Shown here: positions 54,570-64,000 of the stretch, piece by piece
How positions within the stretch are numbered: the first letter of the stretch is position 1
How the letters are laid out: each line of letters starts with the position of its first letter
Source of the DNA: Octopus sinensis
Lineage: Eukaryota
Direction of reading: 5' to 3'
DNA: 64,000 nucleotides
Assembly (NCBI RefSeq): GCF_006345805.1
Contig: NC_043006.1
Coordinates: forward strand, 78,740,001 to 78,804,000
Translations under genes and position numbers: made by a program
Notes under the pieces: generated by a model
What the model was told of the DNA's origin: nothing
The model's database searches: none
Seen by the model: only the letters and a program-made list of their open reading frames with translations

Positions 54570-55030
54570 CTTTTCTACTCTAGACACAAGGCCCGAAATT
54601 TTGAGGGAGGGGTCCCAGTCGATTACATCGACCCCAGTGCATAACTGGTACTTAATTTATCGACCCCGAAAGGATGAAAGGCAAAGGCGGTGAACTAGCA
54701 GAATCGTTTACACGCCGGGCGAAATGCTACGTTCTGATATTGCACAACAGTCACATATGAGCATCACTGACAAACAAATAGCATCCCATATTTCCGAGTG
54801 TCTGTAGGAAATTAACAGACACAAGGTTTTGGTTTCAGCTACGTATTTCTGTTTTGTCTGCTGCTACGTTCTGAGTTCAAATTTCGCCGAGGTCGATTTT
54901 GCCTTCATCCTTTCGGGGTCAATAAATTAAGTACCAGTTACACACTGGAGTCGATTAAATAAGTACCAGTTACGCACTGAGGTCGAATAATTGACCGAAT
55001 CCCATCCCCCAAGTTGCCCTTGTGGTAAAA
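54570..55030. mobile_element. Two SINE family A copies in opposite orientation
   Basis: Minus copy at 54570-54735; plus copy at 54860-55030. Confidence 0.75.
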
Positions 55031-55055
55031 ACTTAAAACCATTATTATTATTATA

Positions 55056-55408
55056 GGCGGAGGTGTGGCTGTGTGGTAAGTAGCTTACTTACCAGCCACG
55101 TGGTTCCGGGTTCAGTCCTACTGCGTGGCACTTTGGACAGGTGTCTTCTACTCTGGCCTCGGGCTGACCAAAGCCTTGTGAGTGGATTTTGGTAGACAGA
55201 AACTAAAAGAAGCCCGTTGTATGTGTGTGTGTGTAGGTGTCCACCATCGCTTGGTGGTGTGTTTACGTCCCCGTAAATTAGCGGTTCGGCAAAAGAGAGT
55301 GATAGAATACGTACTAGGCTTACAAAGAATTAGTCCTAGGGTCGATTTGTTTGACTAAAGGTGGTGCTCCAGCATAGCCGCAGTCAAATAGCAGAAACAA
55401 ATAAAAAC
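55056..55408 (+). mobile_element. SINE family B
   Basis: Head, core and tail present. Confidence 0.85.
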
Positions 55409-55409
55409 A

Positions 55410-55802
55410 AAGAATTCATCAAGGTATCTTTTTACGTCATCCAAGTAATTGAAACTTTTACCATTAAGACTATTCTACAGAGACCTGAATAAGTGGAAAT
55501 CCGAAGGAGCAATATCTGGTGAATATGGAGGTTGGGGTAACACATCACCGCCGAGCTACAGCAATTTTGGTCTGGTTCCCAAAGCATCAAGTGCCGAAAA
55601 TGAACTTTCTTATCTTCCATTTTAAAGGGTTACAGAATTAACACAGGTTATAGGAATATAAACCTTCTTCTACGAAAAGACAGCTTAAACTGTGCTCTAA
55701 ATGGAGGTGTAGTAAAATCCTATTTTATGGACTCAACCATGTTCTATAATAAGTCAAAATTTAAGCTACTATAAATCGGAACGAACTTTGCAGATATCCC
55801 AA
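55410..55802 (-). mobile_element. Deletion derivative of the 38681 mariner family
   Basis: Left TIR plus TA at 55802; MEDKKVHFRHLM fused to the YSPDIAPSDFHLF region through CTTT microhomology. Confidence 0.9.
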
Positions 55803-55819
55803 TACAATGAAAATTCCAG

Positions 55820-56260
55820 GACAAAAGAATACTTATGGCCAATTAATGCGGAACTTACAGCTCTTGTGGCCTGACTAGGAATTCTCATTTATAGTTATCA
55901 TCCTAGGATCATTAGCTTACGTACCTACAAATTTACACAAAAATCTAGAAACACTTGGTTTCATGGAAAGAAGAGCAAATGAAACTGACGTGGATTCTCC
56001 AAATCTAAGATAATAATGGCACAGCGAAGAATTGAGTCCCAAAATTTTGTATGTGAGATTCTTATGTGAATAGATGCACACACTTGGGAGTATGCATTGA
56101 CAGTTCAACCAACACACCAACTCAGCTACATATTTACAAACACCGAGAGCTCCCTAAACTCAATCTTGTTGCTTTCCTAACAATCGACTTGAGCTCCCCA
56201 AGAACTTAAATTAATTTTCAAAGAAAAAACACTACATACATACATGCATGCATACATATA
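55820..56260 (+). mobile_element. RLE-type (R4-like) element 3' end followed by (TACA)n
   Basis: KNTYGQLMRNLQLLWPD..F.FI.IILGSL, homologous to 20133-20375. Confidence 0.7.
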
Positions 56261-57362
56261 TGATGGCTGCCCCCTCGTTATCGAGTATGGCCATTGCACG
56301 AAGCTTAACTGCTGTTGGTGCTGTGATCGAATGTGACTTTTATTTGCTTTTTAAGGCTACAGCCAGCCATTCAATTGAGACTCACAGCACCATCAACAAT
56401 CATGAACAATGTTGTTATCATGCAATGCCTGTGCAGGAAGATTTTTTTAAAGTGAGGAAAGGCTGTGCACTGAGTCAATCCCACTCACTAAGCAACAGCA
56501 GCCATAATCCGAAAAGAAGAAAAGTCAACATCATCAGTAACCACTGAGCCGCAGGTTTTATCTCGGAGTTATCCCAGTTACCTGAATTGCCTTCTTCTAG
56601 AAGGATGCCCGAAGAAAGACTAGGAGTCCTTTACGCCCAATGGTTTAACCGCGCGATCGGGTATTCAGTCAGATTATTTCTATGTCCCCGCGCATGATAC
56701 AGCCGTAAGCCTTAAGAAGGAAAATAAAAAAAAACACATTTATTGGGTGGCCGTTGACTCTCAAGAGTTCCTCCGCCCTTTGACGGGTTTTGTTTTTCAT
56801 CCCGCAGAGTGTCCAATAAGCACCCTCCTCACCAAGCAAGTCTGGGGTTGCAGGTTTAGTCGTCGACGACCCGACCATGCAACAGGTTGTATTGGGTTAC
56901 ATGTTACCAATATCACTCGTATATACATTTATACATACATACATACAAACATACGCACCTACGTAGGTACGTACATGCATGCATACATTAGTAGAGGCTT
57001 CCATGTTTAGTAATTATAAAAATGAATGAGTAAATATGCGCGCGCCTGTATTTCTTTCATATAATTTTTTTAGATTTGTGTGTGTAAAATGTTTAACAAA
57101 CTCAATGGACACTTTATGAATTGCAATGAGAATGAGAGAGAGTTGATTCATGCTGCAGTGTAATGACTGCATTTTGTTTGAGTTAGATAAGTTAAATGAA
57201 TAAACTGGTGAAATTGCTGTGGGTTACGTTGAAGTTGAACAGTTTCGGGTCAAACTGTTGATAGAAATAAAAGCCCGATAAGTTTCAGCACGGGAAAGAA
57301 AATGAGTAATAATGTTTAATAAGGGATCCTGGTGAAGGTGAGAGGTTGTGAGTGAGAACGAC

Positions 57363-57411
<49 letters not shown>

Positions 57412-57431
57412 TAGAGAGAGAGGGAGAAACA

Positions 57432-57487
<56 letters not shown>

Positions 57488-57710
57488 ATTTTAGAAGTAT
57501 TTGGGGGTGATGTACAGATTTAATACATATGAAAAAAAAAGCGTCAGAATGCTGGATGGTTGTATATAAAAGAAATGTATATATATTTACATATCACATA
57601 TTTAATTACATATTTAAGCGCTGTAAATAAATATATATATTTTTTTATATACAACCATCCGGCATTCTGGACACCTTTTTCTTTCATATATATATAATAT
57701 ATATATATAT

Positions 57711-57756
<46 letters not shown>

Positions 57757-57825
57757 ACGTAGAAAGAGAAAGATACAGTAAGACAGAGACAAGAGAAAAT
57801 ACGAAGAACAGAGAGAAAGAGAGGA

Positions 57826-59466
57826 GAGGAGCATTTTAAGGTGAATTAGTTGTGCAGTGAGTTATATCTAGAAAACTGAACCGGTTATAGAGATGGTAGG
57901 TAAAATAAATAGCGAATCTATGGATCAGTGGTTGTAACATATTGCTGACGTGAGACTTTTCTATATACACTAGAGCGATTATCTTTTCATTGCATTATTG
58001 CTTTAAGGTACTTTTGAGAGTAGTAAGCTAATGTGGTGTCTCTCTCTTTTCTTCTCTCGCTTCCCTTCTCTCTCTCCCTTTCTCCCTTCCTCTCTCTCTC
58101 TCTCTCTCTCTCTCTATTTATCTATCTATCTATTTCTCCCCTTCTCTCTGTTTCTCTCTCTCCGACTTTCTTTCTTTCCTAATCTGTCTGTCTCTCTCTT
58201 TCTCTTTGTCACTCTCTTTCATTCTCCTTGTCTCACCACCCCCCCCTGTCTGAATCTGCCTTTCTCTTTCTCTTTCTCTCCGTCTCTCTTTTTCTCTTTA
58301 TATGTCTCTCTTTTATTCTCATTCTCTCACCACTCTCCCTCTCTCTCTCCTTCTCTTACCTTCTTTACCTCTCTTCCTGCTTTCTATCTCACAAGCATAC
58401 TATCTCACACACATTTACTTAAGCACAATCACAGACACACACACCCACCCTAATCACACTCATGCGCATAGAGACTCAGATACAGACATGCAAACACACA
58501 CTACTTACATACAACAAACAGCAACAAAGCGCTGAAGGTCATCACACTGTCTACAATTGCAATGTCCTGTGCTACTATCTCCATTGACCCTCTCAGTGAC
58601 CACGTTTTGTGACCGTACAACAAGACCAGCTAATCTGAAAACAATTATATATCAGTCCTAGGTCATAACAGCTGGTGAGCTTATTCAAATTAAAAGTTTA
58701 TTATTTATAAGAGACACGGGCGCAAACTTTTTCGAGAAACCGGCCGCATGAAACATAGTTCATTATCAAACAGGCAACACAACTAAAAAAATTCAAGGTA
58801 ATTTTCGTTTGGCGTGACTTTCAAGAAGTCCAGCAGGCCGCAATTTACCTATAACAGGTGTAAGCATTTCCATATTCCCGTTTGCTTTAGTTCCTTTTCG
58901 ATTTGTTAGCAAACTAGAGTAAACAACAGTATCCATGACGACCCCTCCATATATCTAATGATACTAAGTATATTCGACTGCTATTTCTAGCAGGTCTGCT
59001 TGTTACGTGGAGCAGACATAAGAGCAAACTTTCCAGAGAAGCGGGCTGCATGAAGCATGACTTATCATCAGGCGGACCACACTACTGAAAAAAGAGATAG
59101 TAATTTTTCCTTAGGTGTGCCATTCAGAAAACCCGTAGACTGCAGGTTGCCCATGAATGACTTATAAGTTTATTGCGATGTTTCTAACAAACCTGACGGC
59201 ATTCTTGTGTTAGACAGGTTTACACTCTCTCTTTTTACTCTTTTACTTGTTTCAGTCATTTGACTGCGGCCATGCTGGAGCACCGCCTTTTTTTAATCGA
59301 GCAACTCGACACCGGGACTTATTCTTTTTGTAAGCCCTACTTATTCTATCGGTCTCTTTTTCCGAACTGCTAAGTAAGCGGGACATAAAACCACCAGGAT
59401 CGGTTGTCAAGCCATGGTTAGTTTGCTTTTTTTTTTTTTTTTTTTCGTTTTACGTTCATCTGAATA
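57826..59466. repeat. 1.64-kb block duplicated across the assembly gap (copy 1)
   Basis: Near-identical to 59567-61219; differences are mostly 1-nt indels. Confidence 0.95.
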
Positions 59467-59566
59467 NNNNNNNNNNNNNNNNNNNNNNNNNNNNNNNNNN
59501 NNNNNNNNNNNNNNNNNNNNNNNNNNNNNNNNNNNNNNNNNNNNNNNNNNNNNNNNNNNNNNNNNN
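59467..59566. other. Assembly gap (100 N)
   Basis: Read directly. Confidence 1.
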
Positions 59567-59826
59567 GAGGAGCATTTTAAAGTGAATTAGTTGTGCAGTG
59601 AGTTATATCTAGAAACCTGAACCGTTATAGAGATGGTAGGTAAAATAAATAGCGAATCTAATGGATCATTGGTTGTAACATATTGCTGACGTGATACTTT
59701 TCTATATACACTAGAGCGATTATCTTTCATTGCATTATTGCTTTAGGTGCTTTTGAGAGTAGTAAGCTAATGTTGTGTCTCTCTCTTTTCTTCTCTCTCG
59801 CTTCCCTTCTCGCTCTCCTTTCTCCC

Positions 59827-59857
<31 letters not shown>

Positions 59858-61219
59858 ATTTATCTTCTATCTATTTCTCTCCCTCTTCTCTGTTTCTCTC
59901 TCTCCCCGACTTTCTTTCTTGCCTAATCTGTCTGTCTCTCTCTTTCTCTTTGTCACTCTCTTTCATTCTCCTTGTCCTCACTCACACCCCCCCCTGTCTG
60001 AATCTGCCTTTCTCTTTCTCTTTCTCTCCGTCTCTCTTTTTCCTCTTTATATGTCTCTCTTTTATATTCTCATTCCTCACCACTCTCCCTCTCTCTCTCC
60101 TTCTCTTACCTTCTTTACCTCTCTCTCCTGCTTTCTATCTCACAGCATACTATCTCACACACATTTACTTAAGCACAATCACAGACACACACACCCACCC
60201 TAATCACACTCATGCGCATAGAGACTCAGATACAGACATGCAAACACACACTACTTACATACAACAAACAGCAACAAAGCGCTGAAGGTCATCACACTGT
60301 CTACAATTGCAATGTCCTGGCTACTATCTCCATTGACCTCTCAGTGACCACGTTTGTGACCGTACAACAAAGACCAGCTAATCTGAAAACAATTATTATA
60401 TCAGTCCTAGGTCATAACAGCTGGTGAGCTTATTCAAATTAAAAGTTTATTATTTATAAGAGACACGGGCGCAAACTTTTTCGAGAAACCGGCCGCATGA
60501 ACAAGTTCATTTCATTATCAAACAGGCAACACAACTAAAAAAATTCAAGGTAATTTTCGTTTGGCGTGACTTTCAAGAAGTCCAGCAGGCCGCAATTTAC
60601 CTATAACAGGTGTAAGCATTTCCATATTCCCGTTTGCTTTAGTTCCTTTTCGATTTGTTAGCAAACTAGAGTAAACAACAGTATCCATGACGACCCCTCC
60701 ATATATCTAATGATACTAAGTATATTCGACTGCTATTTCTAGCAGGTCTGCTTGTTACGTGGAGCAGACATAAGAGCAAACTTTCCAGAGAAGCGGGCTG
60801 CATGAAGCATGACTTATCATCAGGCGGACCACACTACTGAAAAAGAGATAGTAATTTTTCCTTAGGTGTGCCATTTCAGAAAACCCGGTAGACTGCAGGT
60901 TGCCCATGAATACTTATAAGTTTTGGCGATGTTTCTAACAAACCTGACGGCATTCTTGTGTTAGACAGGTTTACACTCTCTCTTTTTACTCTTTTACTTG
61001 TTTCAGTCATTTGACTGCGGCCATGCTGGAGCACCGCCTTTTTTTAATCGAGCAACTCGACACCGGGACTTATTCTTTTGTAAGCCCAGTACTTATTCTA
61101 TCGGTCTCTTTTGCCGAACTGCTAAGTAGCGGGGACATAAACACACCAGGATCGGTTGTCAAGCAATGGTTAGTTTGCTTTTTTTTTTTTTTTTTTTCGT
61201 TTTAACGTTCATCTGAATA
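59567..61219. repeat. 1.65-kb block duplicated across the assembly gap (copy 2)
   Basis: See copy 1. Confidence 0.95.
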
Positions 61220-61261
61220 TATAAAGTGGAACTTTTGCTTTCGGTATTGTTTGACAGACAA

Positions 61262-61299
<38 letters not shown>

Positions 61300-61504
61300 G
61301 GAGAAGAGAGATAGAGAGAGAAAGGGGGAGAAGAGAGAGTCAAGAGCGAGTGAGAGAGAGAAAATGGAAAACAAATAGAAAAATTAGTTAGATGGGACAG
61401 AATTTTTTGCTTTGCAGTGGAAAGAATCACATTTCGGATACTGTCCTTCTTTGGAATGTAAGGTGAACAGAGGAAAGAGATGAGAAAAGACAAGGAAAGG
61501 CCAT

Positions 61505-61574
61505 AATAAGAAAGAAAGAAAGAAGAAGAAAGAAAGAAAGAAAGAAAGAAAGAGGAAAGAAAAGCAGGAAGGAA

Positions 61575-61616
<42 letters not shown>

Positions 61617-61630
61617 AATGCAGGAAGGAA

Positions 61631-61661
<31 letters not shown>

Positions 61662-61755
61662 GAAAGAAAGAAAGAGAGAAGGAAAGAAAGGCAGGGAGGA
61701 AGGAAAGAAAGAAAGAAAGAAAGAAAGAACACGAAAGAAAGAAAGACAGACAGAC

Positions 61756-61798
<43 letters not shown>

Positions 61799-61825
61799 CA
61801 GACAGAAAGAAAGAAAGAAAGAACG
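61505..61825. repeat. (GAAA)n/(GGAA)n purine tract
   Basis: Read directly. Confidence 0.95.
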
Positions 61826-62279
61826 AAGTCATTGAAAGAATCCTCTTGAAATAGCCTGCGTGTCTTGTTTGTCTTTCGTTTTACCTCCTTAAGCTAGCAG
61901 TTTGACCTTTCATTGCTATCACATTCTGGTCAACCCCCATATCCGCTCGATGTTAAAAACTAGTTTTATAAGCACTTCTTTCAAAATTCCTGCTTTGCTT
62001 TTCACACGTTAACTTGTGTATGTTTCTACAAGTACCCTTTGAGAGACCATGCTTCTGTGGCCAGAAACACATTAATTTTAAAATTTTCCACAAGAGCATT
62101 TTGTGGGAGGGGATTAAGTCGATTATGTCGACCCCAGAGCGTAACTGGTACTTATTTAAACGACCCCGAAAGGATGAAGGGCAAAGTCGACCTCGGCGGG
62201 ATTATGGCCAGAAACACATTAAACTATGTATAACAGTAGAGAAAGAAGCCTATTTGCTTCTTGCTATAAATACACCTTA

Positions 62280-62398
62280 ATCAAAATTTTTCATGGACCC
62301 TTAAAATACCCAATTTACTATTTTGCTAGCGTGGACCCCAAAACCTGAAATCCATAATGACTTCTTCGGGTCAAATGGATCACAATTGGGAACTACTG
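62280..62398. mobile_element. hAT-like MITE end related to 1-192
   Basis: GGACCCTTAAAATAC-CCAATTTACT ... GGGAACTACTG terminus. Confidence 0.45.
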
Positions 62399-63249
62399 TC
62401 ATATATAACCCTGGCTTCGTTTTCGCAACGCAAAATCTGCTCCATACGAAGTCACTGGAAAGCATCTGCCTGAGCATGCGAAACGTTCAGTAGGTACTCG
62501 ACACCCGTAGCTAACAAGTACATACTGTCCTTCTCTTCCAGATTGTGAAAGCTTACGATAACGTTTAATCTAAATACAGGAAAACTTTTTATCGGCATAT
62601 ATGGGTTAAGGATATGAAGCATTTGTAGAAAAACTATCACATACTTAAAAGAAAAACATTATTACTTACATAAACACTACATAATATTTTTTCTAAACAT
62701 TGATTTCATAACACCATCATAACATTTATTTGGTTTCCATGGAAGCCCTGTATCATCGTGTCAATAACGTTTTATTGCTTTTAGTTATTTTATTCATCAC
62801 GCAAGACTAACAAAAGCAAAAGTTCATTTCGGTGGAACGAGAACTTAAAATCCATAATGACGAGAGTAAATAAATTATATCTAACACACAATAAGCCATG
62901 ATCCATGATCTTATAAACCTGCAAACTCACTGTTTCTCACTTCTGAATATATTACTTTTTAACACAGCCGAATATATATATTCTCCCTCCTGAATATATT
63001 ACTTTCTAACACAAAGTGTTGAGAACATATCCTTTATCTTTTCCGTTTTTTCTCCTTTCCTCCTGCGTCATTAGACTGCGCTCATGATGAGCCTTCAAGG
63101 CTTTAGCCAAACAAATCGATCTCGCAAAATTATTTTTCTAAGTCTGGGACTTAGTATTCTATCAGTCCGTTTTGCTGAGCCGCTAAGTTATGAGTGTCAT
63201 AAACAAACCAATGCTGGTTTCCAAGCAGTGCGAGTAAAGACAAACGCAG

Positions 63250-63298
<49 letters not shown>

Positions 63299-63429
63299 AA
63301 CAAACACACACACATATACGTATATATATGTATATATAATTTGATTTCATCTAGTTTCAGCTCATGAGCTGTGGCCATACTGGGGCACCACCATTTGGTG
63401 TTACTACATAATTTTACTTCATTAATTCT

Positions 63430-64000
63430 TTTTTAGAAATTGACATTTACTTCATGGGGGACTTTGATGCCGCCACCCTCATCTACACTTCCTGCTGTGA
63501 AGTTGGTTCATCTGGGACACTCGACAGTAAGAGGTCCAGTTTTGTTTTGAAATCACCTACATCCACCCTACATAGGTCTCTCAGGTCCTTCGAGAGGATA
63601 TCGAAGAGCTGTGGTCCCCTAAAGCCCAGGCTGTTGTAATATTTTGTCCTATATCCTGATGGTAAATTTGGAGACCCTGGCACTATGCAGAGGCGCTCTG
63701 TTACAGCATTAGTGTAACTCTCAATGCCAAAGTTTAGGATCTAGGATCTTCCAGATGTATATTATGGCACATCTTTCTCGCCTCCACTCTAAGGAGTCTT
63801 TCCCAGTGGATTATATGCTGCATATAATCAAGTTCTGCAATTAATCTTACACGGGTTGGTGACCATAGCTGGGAGCAATAGTCAAAGTGGCTTAGGACAA
63901 GTATCCTCCAGAATACTATCATGGTTTCCTGATCTCTTATTCTAAAAGTTCTAAGAATCCAACCGCTCAGCCGCCTGCATTTCATTACCAACTTAGCAGC
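63430..64000 (-). mobile_element. CR1-like LINE ORF2 C-terminal relic (continues beyond the window)
   Basis: CRRLSGWILRTF...LSHFDYCSQLWSP; NSLGFRGPQLF...FKTKLDLLLSSVPDEP. Confidence 0.9.

Overview
AT-rich, microsatellite-saturated eukaryotic DNA with one 100-N gap. The tRNA-derived SINE families present resemble those I recall from octopus, so a coleoid cephalopod origin is inferred, not shown. No host protein-coding gene can be supported; most ORFs in the track are microsatellite translations or antisense artefacts. The window is filled with decayed mobile DNA: two Penelope-like elements (PLEs), RLE-type (R4/Dong-like), Tx1/L1 and CR1 LINE relics, three Helitron pieces, five to six Tc1/mariner relics, MITEs and about 40 SINE copies. 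The signal the ORF track misses is a set of at least 8 type-I hammerhead ribozyme (HHR) motifs in PLE-type terminal repeats. (i) Four carry the compensated U3-A8 core (TTGANAA) with covarying stems. (ii) One Penelope terminal repeat fuses a tRNA-derived Pol III head, (AAT)n and a hammerhead, and also occurs as a free SINE-like copy with an inverted head. (iii) A head-to-head pair of hammerheads has a ~75-nt stem II insert tipped by a palindrome. All folds and translations were done by eye, no database was searched, and novelty is unverified.
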